DNA of 64,000 nucleotides from Gemmatimonadota bacterium (GTDB taxonomy: Bacteria > Gemmatimonadota > Gemmatimonadetes > Palauibacterales > Palauibacteraceae): assembly GCA_963666735.1 (NCBI GenBank), contig OY762926.1, positions 448,001 through 512,000 on the forward strand, in the 5' to 3' direction. Within the stretch, counting starts at the first letter, position 1, and each line of letters begins with the position of its first letter. Under the pieces are notes generated by a model. That model was not told the DNA's origin and searched no databases. It saw only the letters and a list, made by a program, of their open reading frames with translations. Position numbers and translations under genes: made by a program. Positions 9,387 through 19,383 of the stretch are shown piece after piece.

Positions 9387-9938
9387 TCATCGCCTCGTCA
9401 TCGACAGGACGGTCGGGTCCCCGCCTCCGCTGCCATGAATGGTGACGAGCAATTCGTCGCCTGCGGGGCTTTCGTACGTGAACCACCAGGGCGCGTTCGG
9501 CGGCGGCGCCTCCGCCGTGCTCCGGAAGGTGGCCTGCCGGCCTTCCAGGGCCGTGAGACGGTATTCGAGTCGCGTCTCCTCCCAGGGCACCCACCCTCGC
9601 GAGACGTGCTTGAACCGATAGTAAATTTCGCCATCGTCGTCCTGCTCGAGGAGCAGAAGTTCGTACATGACCGCGAGATCGTCGCGGACGAGGCGGAAGG
9701 AGCCGGACATCGAGCGCCCCGCGGGGCTGAACCACGCCTCCTCGATCTGTCCTCCGAAGGCGTCCCCGCCCCAGTGGCCGGCGATCCATGCCAGATCGGC
9801 GAGATCGATGGCCCGCGTGGGCGCGGCCGTCACCGCCCCGCCCGCCGGATCCGCGTCCTGACCCATCGCGCCCCCGGCGCCCGCCAGGTGGGTGACGGCG
9901 GAGAGTGCGATGGCGATCGCGGCCGCGCGGCCGCGCAT
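9387..9938 (-). CDS. Secreted DUF6265-like protein
   Basis: LADLAWIAGHW...EEAWFSPAGRSMSG...KH pattern and a signal peptide. Confidence 0.7.
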   Translation of the reverse strand: MRGRAAAIAIALSAVTHLAGAGGAMGQDADPAGGAVTAAPTRAIDLADLAWIAGHWGGDAFGGQIEEAWFSPAGRSMSGSFRLVRDDLAVMYELLLLEQDDDGEIYYRFKHVSRGWVPWEETRLEYRLTALEGRQATFRSTAEAPPPNAPWWFTYESPAGDELLVTIHGSGGGDPTVLSMTRR

Positions 9939-9993
9939 GGCCGGCGCCCGGGAGGTTTGAGAAACCGCGGATCGCGCCGCATCTTCGCACGCC

Positions 9994-10350
9994 ATGAAAG
10001 CGGTCCTGAAGGTCCTCGTCTCGATCATCGTCTGCCTCCTCGCCGGCCTTGCGGGGCTGGCGCTCGTGTTCAGAGACCTGTCTGTCGGGCCCGGTCCCGG
10101 GCTCATCGCGCTCGGGGGTCTCCTGTATTTCTCCGCAGGCTTCGGCCTCGGGCGGTGGCACCGCGGCGCGCGTCCCCTCCTCTGGGGCCTGGCGCCGGGC
10201 TGGAGTCTCGCCCTGCTGGGCGTCATCGGCATCTGGGTGACCGTGACGGATCCTCCGTCCGGCCACTGGGGCCTGGCGCTTCTCTTCCTGCTCGGCCCGG
10301 CCGTCGCGGGCTCGGCGGGCGCCGTGCTCGCCGCGAGGATTGATACCTGA
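9994..10350 (+). CDS. Hypothetical membrane protein (about 4 TM)
   Basis: Hydrophobic 118-aa ORF with GC3-rich codons. Confidence 0.7.
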   Translation: MKAVLKVLVSIIVCLLAGLAGLALVFRDLSVGPGPGLIALGGLLYFSAGFGLGRWHRGARPLLWGLAPGWSLALLGVIGIWVTVTDPPSGHWGLALLFLLGPAVAGSAGAVLAARIDT

Positions 10351-10413
10351 GAGCTGAGCAACCGCCCATTTCCCTTCACCGACCATTACGGGAACCACAG
10401 ACGCTCGGCATCG

Positions 10414-12663
10414 TTACATCAGGCCGTCGGAGTATAGGTGGAGCCGCCAGAGGCTGCCGCCGCGGACGGCGCGTGCGATGTCGATGCGAAACAGGCCGTC
10501 CATGAGCGACACGCCGACCCCCACGCTCGACCGCCACCCCTCGGTACCGAAGGCGTCCACCGGTCCCGCCCAGCCCGCGTCCCAGAACCCCGTGATTCGG
10601 ATCGGGCTGCCCCCGACATCGTACGCCGGATCGCCGATCCGGAATCCGCGCCCCAGTTCGAGCCGGCCGAACCAGAAGCTCCCGCCTCCGGTCGACACCG
10701 GATCGAAGGCACGCAACGTGTACGATCCGCCGAGGTGGAAGTGGCGCTGCGGAGGCGGTTTCCCGAACACCCTCCCGACCCCGCCCTCCAACGCCAGGGA
10801 CCACCGGCTCACGGGGAGTTGCAGCGCCGCCGAGACCGCGGCGCGCCCGTAGAGATCGAAGTCGCCCGCCGCAGCCTCCCCCCAAACGGACCCGCTCAGG
10901 ACCGGCGTGCCCGGATCCACCGAGGAAAAGGCGCGCAGGCGGCCCGAGATGCCCGCGATGTCGCCGCGCGCGGCCACGATGTTGTCGGAGAAAACCGCGT
11001 CGCCGAAGAGGTTCGGGAGCGAGGCATCGCTCTGCTTCGGTGCGTTCCGGTGGCGCTCCGCGAAGAGCGTACCCTCCACCCGGGTCCTCCTCCCCTGGCG
11101 GCTCGCCGCGATCTCGAAGCCGGTCTCACGGAAGTAGAGGCCTTCGTCATACCCCGCGATCAGGCTGTTGAAGGAGTTGCCGAAGGAGAGCGGGCGGCCC
11201 CAGTCCCCGAGGTCCGCGAGGCGCCGGTAGGCCGTGACCCCGAAACCGCCTCTGGCCGTCTGGCGCCGCCACCCGGCCTCGATGCCCGGCTCCCACTCCG
11301 GGATGCCGACCCGCGGCGTGACCGAGAACTCCGATGTGACCCCCGTGGGCACGGCGAACCGGGCGCTGACCGAGATCCCTTCGACCCGATTGTAGCGGAG
11401 CCGGCGCAGGCCCGGAGCGATGTCCAGTCGGGGACCCAGGCCCGCTGCGGCGGGGATGCGCAACGAGGACAGCCGATCCTTCAGGTCGTCGAGTTCCGCG
11501 GCCGCGAAGGCGTCGACCGTGGCGGAGAAGAGCGGTTCGGGCAGCTCCGGGGATGAGGGGAGCTCCTCGACGGGCGGTACGATAACCATGATGCGGCGAG
11601 CTTCGGCGGGGAGCGAGTCCGCCTCCGCCGTCAGCGGGTCGTCGCGGATGCCCTCGATCCGCCCCTCCTCTCCCTCGCTCGCCTCGGTCCCACCCGCCTC
11701 GGTGTCGACCGTCTCGTCGACCCACCGCGTCCATCCGTCCGGCACGTCCTCTCCGGGATCGAGCGTTGGTTCCCGATCCACCAGGTAGTCCTCGAATGTC
11801 CATTCATAGCGCACGGGCATGCTCGCGAGATCCGCCATCGAGGCGACCGCATCGAAGGCCATGCGATTGGGGAGCCACCAGCGCAGTTCCTGGAGTCCGT
11901 AGTCGATCGTGATGAAGTCGACCCTCGCGCGGATCGGCTTCACGAATTCGGGCACTTCGTCCGCATCCTCCGGTTCTTCGCGTTCGAAGTCGTATTCGAT
12001 CGCGGGACGGTAGGCGGCGCGCGTGAGGACGCCTTCGTCGGCGTCGAACCAGAACGAGCCCGCGATGCGGTCGAAACGGGCCTCCCGCGGCTCGACGATC
12101 GCCTCGATCAGCGTCACTTCCCGGTTGTCCCCCTGGAAGCGAAGGCGCAGCGTATCGCCGGAGCGGTAGCGGTAGTGATACGCTGCGGTATCCGCCAAAG
12201 GGTGCAGGGCCCAGTCCTCGCCGATCGCCACATGCTCGCTGGCCGGATCGATGATGTCGAAGTCGAAGTCGAACGCATCGTCGTCGCGCAGGTCGTCTTC
12301 GAACTCGACTCCCAGGCCGACGATGGGCACCCCGCGGCGGACTCCCAGCCAGCGGACGATGTGTTCGCCCTCCGCGGTCCAGCGCAGGCGCGCGGCGCGT
12401 TCCTGGTGGAACATCGCCCGCTCGCGTCGCAGGACGGCGCCGCCCAGTCCGGCGTAGATGCGTTCGCGGAAGGTGGCCTCGAAGCTCGTCAGCCCCTCGG
12501 CCCGAGCCCTGCGCTGCTCCAGGGCGCGCTCGATCAGCCCCGCGATCCCGTCATCCGCGTAGGCGTCGGCCGGAATCGGCCGCGAGACGGCGTCGGGCGG
12601 ATCCTGGAGGGCGCGCGCGTCGAATGCGGCGCCCGCGACGGCCCCCATCCACGCGGCCAGCAT
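10414..12663 (-). CDS. Outer-membrane protein with C-terminal BamA/TamA-like beta-barrel
   Basis: RYNRVEG, alternating beta-strands, LGGSYTLRAF, SVGVGVSLMDGLFRIDIARA. The start may be a TTG about 33 nt upstream. Confidence 0.7.
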   Translation of the reverse strand: MLAAWMGAVAGAAFDARALQDPPDAVSRPIPADAYADDGIAGLIERALEQRRARAEGLTSFEATFRERIYAGLGGAVLRRERAMFHQERAARLRWTAEGEHIVRWLGVRRGVPIVGLGVEFEDDLRDDDAFDFDFDIIDPASEHVAIGEDWALHPLADTAAYHYRYRSGDTLRLRFQGDNREVTLIEAIVEPREARFDRIAGSFWFDADEGVLTRAAYRPAIEYDFEREEPEDADEVPEFVKPIRARVDFITIDYGLQELRWWLPNRMAFDAVASMADLASMPVRYEWTFEDYLVDREPTLDPGEDVPDGWTRWVDETVDTEAGGTEASEGEEGRIEGIRDDPLTAEADSLPAEARRIMVIVPPVEELPSSPELPEPLFSATVDAFAAAELDDLKDRLSSLRIPAAAGLGPRLDIAPGLRRLRYNRVEGISVSARFAVPTGVTSEFSVTPRVGIPEWEPGIEAGWRRQTARGGFGVTAYRRLADLGDWGRPLSFGNSFNSLIAGYDEGLYFRETGFEIAASRQGRRTRVEGTLFAERHRNAPKQSDASLPNLFGDAVFSDNIVAARGDIAGISGRLRAFSSVDPGTPVLSGSVWGEAAAGDFDLYGRAAVSAALQLPVSRWSLALEGGVGRVFGKPPPQRHFHLGGSYTLRAFDPVSTGGGSFWFGRLELGRGFRIGDPAYDVGGSPIRITGFWDAGWAGPVDAFGTEGWRSSVGVGVSLMDGLFRIDIARAVRGGSLWRLHLYSDGLM

Positions 12664-12803
12664 GAGGGCGCGCGCGGCAGCAAGCGTTCGGTCCAAAAGT
12701 ACTCTCCGGTCTGGAGCTGACTCCCCGGCGTCGACGCGCGGGGCCTGCAGCCGATGGCGAGACGCGGCCGCCCGGGCGGGTGACACATCCCGACAGGAGC
12801 CGC

Positions 12804-12829
12804 TACGTCTATGTTCGGTAGACGTTTCA
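12804..12829 (-). promoter_or_regulatory. Putative ECF-sigma promoter TGAAAC-N16-CGTA
   Basis: Exact SigW-type consensus on the minus strand upstream of the OMP gene. Confidence 0.6.
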
Positions 12830-12861
12830 ACCTTCGTCCGCGTCACCCGGGAGGAAAGCGA

Positions 12862-13500
12862 GTGGGGCTGTACTCCGAACACATCTTCCCGCGCCTCATG
12901 GAGAGCGGGCTCGGGGGCGGCGTGCATCGCAGGTACCGGCGCCGGGTGCTCTCCCGCGCACGGGGGAACGTACTCGAGGTCGGCTTCGGCACCGGCCTCA
13001 ATCTCGAATGCTACCCGACATCGGTTCACCGCGTCACCGGAATCGACCCCGCAGCCGTGCTCGAACGCCGCGTGCGCGCTCGCGTCGCCCGGGCTCCCTT
13101 CCCCGTCGAGCGCGTGATCCACGATGCCGCCGACCGACTCCCTTTTCCGGACGCGCATTTCGACACGGCGACGAGCACCTGGACGCTGTGTTCGATCGCA
13201 CGGGTCCGGGAGGCCCTCCTGGAACTGAGGCGTGCGCTGAAGCCTTCCGGCGAACTCCTCTTCCTCGAGCACGGACGGAACGAGAAAGGCTGGGTTTCGC
13301 GCCTGCAGGACACCTTGAACCCGCTCCAGAACTTCGTGGCCTGCGGCTGCAACGTTAACCGGAAGATCGACGCCGAGATCGAGCGCGGCGGATTCCGGAT
13401 CATCGAACTCGACCGCTTCACGATGCCCGGGGTGCCCCGGGTGCTGGGCTCCGTCTACCTTGGCGTGGCCAGGCCGCACAACGGTAGACGACTCGCGTGA
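12862..13500 (+). CDS. Class I SAM-dependent methyltransferase
   Basis: VLEVGFGTGLN, LPFPDAHFDT, WTLCSI, LKPSG.LLFLEHG. GTG start after GGAGG. Confidence 0.9.
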   Translation: MGLYSEHIFPRLMESGLGGGVHRRYRRRVLSRARGNVLEVGFGTGLNLECYPTSVHRVTGIDPAAVLERRVRARVARAPFPVERVIHDAADRLPFPDAHFDTATSTWTLCSIARVREALLELRRALKPSGELLFLEHGRNEKGWVSRLQDTLNPLQNFVACGCNVNRKIDAEIERGGFRIIELDRFTMPGVPRVLGSVYLGVARPHNGRRLA

Positions 13501-13645
13501 GGCTCGCGGCGCTGGCCGGGCCCGCCCGCCGGCCGCCGGACGTTTGCGCGGCGGCTGACTTGGCCACAGAGTAGCGTCCGCCGCAACCGACGATGACGCC
13601 CGGCGCCCGGCGCGCCGGCGATCCCCATAACAGGCGTCCCGATAC

Positions 13646-14419
13646 ATGGCACGAGGTCGCAAGGCAAGAGACAGCAAGGAAGAGGCGGACGAAGCCGCGG
13701 GAAGCAAGCGGGAACGTTCCCCATCTCCACCGGCGTTCAGCGCCGCGTGGTTCCGCGACTGGATGCGTACTCTTGCCGTCGCGGCCCTCATCTTCGTTTT
13801 CTTCCGGACGTTTCTACTCGCGACGTTCGTGATCACCTCGGGGTCGATGGAGGAGACCCTCCTCGTCGGCGATTTCCTGCTCGTGAACAAGACGTCGCTC
13901 GGTGCGCCGATCCCGTTTACGAATGCCCGCGTGCCGGGATACGCCGAGCCGGAGTACGGGGACATCATCGTGTTCAGGGCGGACCATTCTCCGGGGCTGG
14001 ATATCGTCAAGCGTACCGTGGGCCTGCCCGGCGACACCCTCCGAATGGAGGGAGGCGTCCTCTACCGAAACGGCGCCGCGGTCGACGAACCCTACATCCG
14101 GCGCAATCCGCGCCAGCCGGATGACGGGGACCCCCGGATGCGGTGGCAACTGGAGCACCTGGTTCCCGATCCGGAGCGAGGCGAGTACGAACCCACGCGG
14201 GACAGCTGGGGGCCCCTCGCGATTCCGCCGGAACGCTACTTCATGCTGGGGGACAACCGGGACGAGAGCCTCGATTCACGGTTCTGGGGCTTCGTCGAGC
14301 GCGGGAAGATGCGGGGCAGACCCTTATTCATCTACTTCTCGTACGATCGGGAGGCGCTAAAGCCGGTAAAGTTCCTCACGGCGATGAGGCCGGGAAGGAT
14401 CGGACCCTCGCCGGACTAG
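13646..14419 (+). CDS. lepB: Signal peptidase I
   Basis: SGSMEETLLVGD, IVKR, GLPGD, MLGDNRDESLDSRFWG. Confidence 0.95.
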   Translation: MARGRKARDSKEEADEAAGSKRERSPSPPAFSAAWFRDWMRTLAVAALIFVFFRTFLLATFVITSGSMEETLLVGDFLLVNKTSLGAPIPFTNARVPGYAEPEYGDIIVFRADHSPGLDIVKRTVGLPGDTLRMEGGVLYRNGAAVDEPYIRRNPRQPDDGDPRMRWQLEHLVPDPERGEYEPTRDSWGPLAIPPERYFMLGDNRDESLDSRFWGFVERGKMRGRPLFIYFSYDREALKPVKFLTAMRPGRIGPSPD

Positions 14420-14426
14420 CGCGGTG

Positions 14427-14457
14427 TCGCGGAGATCCGCGAGTCACGGAGGGTGAC
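14427..14457. terminator. Two short hairpins between lepB and the convergent small ORF
   Basis: TCGCGG-AGAT-CCGCGA and GTCAC-GGAGG-GTGAC. No U-tract. Confidence 0.3.
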
Positions 14458-14461
14458 GTCG

Positions 14462-14524
14462 TCAGAGCTTCTTGAGCAGCTTCCGAATGACGATCACGGC
14501 GACGGCGATGGCGATCTTTTTCAT
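14462..14524 (-). CDS. Small 20-aa cationic/hydrophobic peptide MKKIAIAVAVIVIRKLLKKL
   Basis: GGAGAGG RBS, 17 of 19 post-start codons end in G/C, intergenic position. Confidence 0.55.
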   Translation of the reverse strand: MKKIAIAVAVIVIRKLLKKL

Positions 14525-14687
14525 GAGGTTTCCTCTCCCGCGCATGGCATACGCTGCAAGGTGGCGCGTCCACGCTCCGTCGAACAGTACGGGCCGCTCC
14601 CGGGTCGAGGTTTCGGGCGCTCTGGCCCGCGACCGACCGTCGGGCAACGTTGAACGGATGATTCAGGTTCGCAGTCCAGGAGGTGTC

Positions 14688-16193
14688 ATGCGCGTGACCC
14701 GGGCGGTCGCCTTGGCGGCGATTCTCTCCTGTGCGGCGTGTGATGCGCCGTCCACCGGCGAGGCGGTGGCGGCCGATCATTCCCATGCCGGCGGCGGCGT
14801 CGTGACGCACTGGACCGAGTCGCTCGAACTCTTCGTCGAGTACCCTCCGCACGTCCGGGGGGTCGCGAGCGATCCGTGGGCCATCCACCTCACCTGGCTG
14901 GCGGACTGGAAACCGGTGCGGGAGGGGCGCCTCGTGCTCCTGCTGCGCGGACCCGGCGGCGCCCGCGAAGAGATCGTACTGCCGGCCCCGGCGAGCCCGG
15001 GGGTCTACGGCGCGAGCCCGACCCTCACGGAAACCGGGACCTGGCGGGCGGACCTGACTCTCACGGCCCGCGGCGCGGACCATGCGATTCCGGTGGGACA
15101 GTTGCGGGTGTACGAAAGCGAGGATGCGCTGCCACACGACGTGGAGCAGCCGCTTCCGGGGTTGATCGCGCTCCCGAAGGAAGAGCAGTGGGCGATGCCG
15201 TTCGAGGTGACGGTCGCGGAGATGCGCCGGATTCCGAACTCGATCCCGGTGACCGGGGAACTCGCGGCCCCCGCGCGCGGCCTCGCCTACGTCTCGACAC
15301 CGGTGGAAGGCCTCGTGCTCGTCCAAGGGCCATCGCCCGCACCCGGCGAGGTCGTGCGGGAGGGAGAGACATTGGCCTTGATCGCCCCGACGAGCCTCGA
15401 CGATTCGTACGCACGCATGCGCGCGGACGTGGAGGAGGCCGGGCGCGAGGCGGACCGGATGGAGCGCCTATTCGCAGCCGGGGCTATTGCGGAGAGCCGC
15501 CTCGAGGGGGCGCGGCATGACCTCGACGTGGCACGGGCGGCCTTCGAGGTGGTGGGCGGCGTTCAACCCGGCGAGGAGGGCGCCGGTCCCGACCCGCACG
15601 TCTACCGGCTTCGGAGTCCGATCGGGGGAGTGATCGCCGACCGCCGGGTGGCCCCCGGCGAGCACGTCGCCACCGGGACGCATGCGTTCACGGTCGTGCG
15701 CCCCGATACGCTGTGGTTCGTCGCGCGGGTTCCGGCGCGCTACGCGGAAGCGGCGAGCGAAGTGCGTGGCACATGGTTCACCGTTGAAGGCACGACCCAC
15801 ACGCACGCCGCCGATCGCGTGGTATCGGTGGGGAGCATCATCGATGCCGGGAGCCGTACGCTGCCGGTCCGGTTCGCGGTCGCGAACGCGGGCGGAGAAC
15901 TCAAGGTGGGGATGCTGGCCGAGGGACATCTGCTGCTCGGTGAACCACTGGAAGGCGTGGCCGTCCCGGCGCCGGCGATCCTGGACGAGGACGGGCTCTC
16001 CGTCGTCTACGTCAAGGTTGGCGGCGAAGCGTTTCAACGGCGAGTCGTGGAGACCGGCCCCTCCGACGGGTTGTGGACCATCGTTCACTCCGGCGTGGCG
16101 AGCGGGGAACAGGTGGTCGCCGTCGGCGCCTATCAGGTGAGGCTGGCCTCCCTCGGCGACGTGGAGGTCTCGGACCACGGGCACCCGCACTGA
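14688..16193 (+). CDS. RND efflux periplasmic adaptor (CzcB/CusB-like), His-rich
   Basis: AGGAGGT RBS, HSH, LRSPIGG, ELKVGM, C-terminal HGHPH. Confidence 0.9.
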   Translation: MRVTRAVALAAILSCAACDAPSTGEAVAADHSHAGGGVVTHWTESLELFVEYPPHVRGVASDPWAIHLTWLADWKPVREGRLVLLLRGPGGAREEIVLPAPASPGVYGASPTLTETGTWRADLTLTARGADHAIPVGQLRVYESEDALPHDVEQPLPGLIALPKEEQWAMPFEVTVAEMRRIPNSIPVTGELAAPARGLAYVSTPVEGLVLVQGPSPAPGEVVREGETLALIAPTSLDDSYARMRADVEEAGREADRMERLFAAGAIAESRLEGARHDLDVARAAFEVVGGVQPGEEGAGPDPHVYRLRSPIGGVIADRRVAPGEHVATGTHAFTVVRPDTLWFVARVPARYAEAASEVRGTWFTVEGTTHTHAADRVVSVGSIIDAGSRTLPVRFAVANAGGELKVGMLAEGHLLLGEPLEGVAVPAPAILDEDGLSVVYVKVGGEAFQRRVVETGPSDGLWTIVHSGVASGEQVVAVGAYQVRLASLGDVEVSDHGHPH

Positions 16194-16203
16194 GGACCCC
16201 GGG

Positions 16204-19200
16204 ATGAGCGTTCCCGGACCCTCAGGAGACCGGCCGGGCCTCCTGCACGGACTGTTGGACCGGCTCGTCCATGCCTCGCTGGAGAACCGCTTTCTCGCCG
16301 TGGCCGCCGGGATCCTTCTCCTGGGGGGCGGGGGATGGGTGGGGGCCACGCTGCCCGTCGACGTCTTTCCCGACCTCACCGCTCCCACGGTGACGGTGCT
16401 CAGCGACGCTCACGGGTTGGCCCCGGAAGAGGTCGAGAGTCTCGTCACCTTCCCGATCGAAACAGCGGTGAACGGCGCGGCCGGCGTGCGCCGGGTCCGG
16501 TCGAGTTCGGCTCAGGGGATCAGCATCGTCTGGGTGGATTTCGACTGGGGGACGGACATCCTCCGCGCCCGGCAGGTCGTGAACGAGCGGCTTCAACTCG
16601 CCGCGGCCCAACTGCCCGACGACGTGAGCGCGCCTGTCCTCGCGCCCGTGAGTTCGATCATGGGGGAGATCCTGCTCGTCGGCATGACCGCGCCCGCCCC
16701 GCGACTCATGGAGGCGCGGACGGCCGCCGACTGGACCGTCCGGCGAAGATTGCTTGCCGTGCCCGGGGTGTCGCAGGTGGTCTCGATCGGCGGTCAGGTG
16801 CGCCAGTACCAGATCCTGATCCACCCCGAGCGCCTGCTCGCATACGGCGTCGGGCTCGACCAGGTGCTGGAGGCGGCGGCGGGGTCGAACCGGAACGCGT
16901 CCGGAGGCGTCTATCGTTCGGGCGGGCGCGAGATCCTGATCCGCGGCATCGGCCGCGCGCGCGACCTCGAGGAGATCGGCCTGACCGTCGTCGCCGTCAG
17001 GGAGGAAGTACCGGTCCTCATCGAGGACCTGGCCGAAGTACGAATCGGTCCGCGCGTCCGGCTCGGGACCGCTTCCGTGAACGCGGAGCCCGCGGTCGTC
17101 CTATCGATCCAGAAACAGCCCGGTGCCAACACGCTGGAGCTGACGGAGCGGATCGACGCCGAACTGAACGAGATCGAGGCGGAACTTCCGACGGGCGTGG
17201 CCTTCGAGAGGGCCGTGTTCCGACAGGCCGATTTCATATCGCTCGCCGTGGAAAACGTGATCGACGCCCTGCGCGACGGCGCGTTGCTCGTCATCGCGGT
17301 GCTCCTGCTTTTTCTGTGGAACCTCAGGACGACGGCGATTTCCGTGCTCGCGATCCCGCTCTCGCTGGCCCTGGCCGTCATCGTGCTGCGGCTCCTCGGG
17401 GGCACGATCAACACGATGACGCTAGGCGGCATGGCCATCGCGATCGGCGCGCTGGTCGATGACGCGATCATCGTGGTCGAGAACGTGCACCGCCGCCTGC
17501 GCGAAGACCGCCGCCGCCCGCCGGAGCGCCGGCGACGGCCGCTGACGCTCGTCCGGGATGCGGCCCGGGAGATCCGGAACCCGATCCTGAGCGCGACCCT
17601 CATCATCTCCATCGTCTTCGTCCCGCTCTTCTTCCTGTCCGGCGTGGAAGGGCGCATGCTCCGGCCGCTGGGACTGGCCTACATCGTGAGCATCCTCTCA
17701 TCACTGCTCGTCGCCGTCACGGTCACGCCGGCCCTCTGCCACATGCTCATGCCGGGAGATCGCGCGATCTCCCGCCCGCGCGAGCCGTGGCTGATGCGTG
17801 GGCTCGAACGGGCGTACGGGCGCGTCCTCGACGGGGCGCTTCGGCGTTCCGGGGCCGTGCTTGGCGGAGCGGCGCTCCTGCTTCTCGGCACTCTGGCTCT
17901 CGTGCCCTCGCTGGGACGCGGATTCCTGCCCGAGTTCCAGGAGGGGACGCTGACCATCTCCGTCGTGAGTCTGCCCGGGACGTCGTTGGTGGAGTCCGAC
18001 GCGATCGGGGCCCGCGTGGAGCGCCAACTCCTGGCCCACCCCGCCGTCGTCTCCACCTCGCGGCGGACCGGCCGGGCCGAACTGGACGAGCACGCCCAGG
18101 GCGCGAACGCCTCCGAGGTCGACGCGCGGCTGGACCTTTCGGAGCACGGCATCGAGGAGGTCATGGCCGCGCTCCGCGACGACCTGGCGGGGCTCCCCGG
18201 GACGAACGTCACGATCGGGCAGCCGATCGGCCACCGGATCGATCACATGCTCTCGGGCACGCGGGCGGCCATCGCGGCCAACCTGTTCGGGCCCGATCTC
18301 CGGCAACTGCGGGACATCGCCGCGGAGATCGAGACCGTGGCGGGGACGGTGGAGGGTCTGGTGGATGTATCCGTAGAGAGGCAGGCGGACATCCCCCAGC
18401 TTCAGATCCGCGCCGACCGCCGCGCGATGGCCCGTCACGGCGTCACGCCGGCGGCGATGGCGGTGGCCGTGGATGTCGCGTTTCAGGGGGAGGAGGTGTC
18501 GCTCATCCGGGAAGGGGACCGCGCCTTCGACCTCGTGGTTCGCTACGCCGACGAACACCGAACGGATCCCGAGGCGATCGGCGGCACGCTGATGACGACG
18601 CCGGCGGGCGCTACCGTGCCGCTGTCGCAACTCGCTTCGATCGTGCCGTCTTTGGGCCCGAACGCGATCAGCCGCGAGAACGTGCAACGGAAGATCGTCG
18701 TGAGCGCGAACGTTGCGGGGCGCGACGTGGGCGGAGCCGCGGAGGAGCTAGAGGAGCGGGTCGCCGCGGAGGTCCAACTGCCGCCGGGCTACTACGTCCG
18801 GTACGGGGGGCAGTTCGAGAGCGGGCGGGAGGCGACGCGGCGCATCACGCTGCTCTCGCTGTTCTCGATCGCCGCCATCTTCCTCATCATGTTCCGAGCT
18901 TTCGGGAGCGCCCGGATCGCGGCCCTTCTCATGGTGAACCTGCCCCTGGCGCTGGCGGGAGGCGTGCTCGCGGTGCTGCTCATCGGCGGCACCGTGAACA
19001 TCGCGACGCTGGTCGGGTTCATCACGCTGTTCGGCATCGCGGTGCGCAACGGGATCCTTCTCGTGAGCCGCTATCAGGATCTGCGGGCGGCGGGCGCCGA
19101 GCTCGGCCCGAGCATCCGGCGCGGCTCCCTGGAACGTCTCAGCCCCATCCTGATGACGGCGCTCACGGCGGGCCTCGCGCTCGTCCCGCTCGCGCTCGGC

Positions 19201-19383
19201 ATCGGGGAACCGGGCAAGGAGATTCAGGCCCCGCTCGCCGTCGTCGTGCTCGGAGGGCTCCTGACGTCCACCGCGCTCAACATGGTCGTCGTTCCGGCTC
19301 TCTTCCTGCGCTTCGCCGGGCCCCTCAGCGGAAGCGGCCGAGGGAGAACGGGGACAGGTCCCGGGACGGCGGCTCGTCCGTGA
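16204..19383 (+). CDS. czcA: CusA/CzcA family heavy-metal efflux RND permease
   Basis: PVDVFPDL, APEEVE, NTMTLGG.AIAIG.LVDDAI, RLSPILMTAL. Metal specificity not determined. Confidence 0.9.
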   Translation: MSVPGPSGDRPGLLHGLLDRLVHASLENRFLAVAAGILLLGGGGWVGATLPVDVFPDLTAPTVTVLSDAHGLAPEEVESLVTFPIETAVNGAAGVRRVRSSSAQGISIVWVDFDWGTDILRARQVVNERLQLAAAQLPDDVSAPVLAPVSSIMGEILLVGMTAPAPRLMEARTAADWTVRRRLLAVPGVSQVVSIGGQVRQYQILIHPERLLAYGVGLDQVLEAAAGSNRNASGGVYRSGGREILIRGIGRARDLEEIGLTVVAVREEVPVLIEDLAEVRIGPRVRLGTASVNAEPAVVLSIQKQPGANTLELTERIDAELNEIEAELPTGVAFERAVFRQADFISLAVENVIDALRDGALLVIAVLLLFLWNLRTTAISVLAIPLSLALAVIVLRLLGGTINTMTLGGMAIAIGALVDDAIIVVENVHRRLREDRRRPPERRRRPLTLVRDAAREIRNPILSATLIISIVFVPLFFLSGVEGRMLRPLGLAYIVSILSSLLVAVTVTPALCHMLMPGDRAISRPREPWLMRGLERAYGRVLDGALRRSGAVLGGAALLLLGTLALVPSLGRGFLPEFQEGTLTISVVSLPGTSLVESDAIGARVERQLLAHPAVVSTSRRTGRAELDEHAQGANASEVDARLDLSEHGIEEVMAALRDDLAGLPGTNVTIGQPIGHRIDHMLSGTRAAIAANLFGPDLRQLRDIAAEIETVAGTVEGLVDVSVERQADIPQLQIRADRRAMARHGVTPAAMAVAVDVAFQGEEVSLIREGDRAFDLVVRYADEHRTDPEAIGGTLMTTPAGATVPLSQLASIVPSLGPNAISRENVQRKIVVSANVAGRDVGGAAEELEERVAAEVQLPPGYYVRYGGQFESGREATRRITLLSLFSIAAIFLIMFRAFGSARIAALLMVNLPLALAGGVLAVLLIGGTVNIATLVGFITLFGIAVRNGILLVSRYQDLRAAGAELGPSIRRGSLERLSPILMTALTAGLALVPLALGIGEPGKEIQAPLAVVVLGGLLTSTALNMVVVPALFLRFAGPLSGSGRGRTGTGPGTAARP

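Noticed and set aside
12700..14037. N-terminal ~450 aa of the 1207-aa ORF 10414-14037
   Set aside because: It lies antisense to the methyltransferase and lepB. The real OMP starts at about 12663-12696.
14555..14572. Sigma54-like TGG...TTGCA upstream of the 20-aa peptide
   Set aside because: The GG-to-GC spacing is 12 nt rather than the required 10.
14688..19383. RND pair lacking an outer-membrane factor gene
   Set aside because: This is common. A TolC-type partner is probably encoded elsewhere.
19325..19383. 59-nt convergent overlap between czcA and solA
   Set aside because: It is explained by a low-complexity C-terminal extension in a GC-rich genome, with no sign of function.
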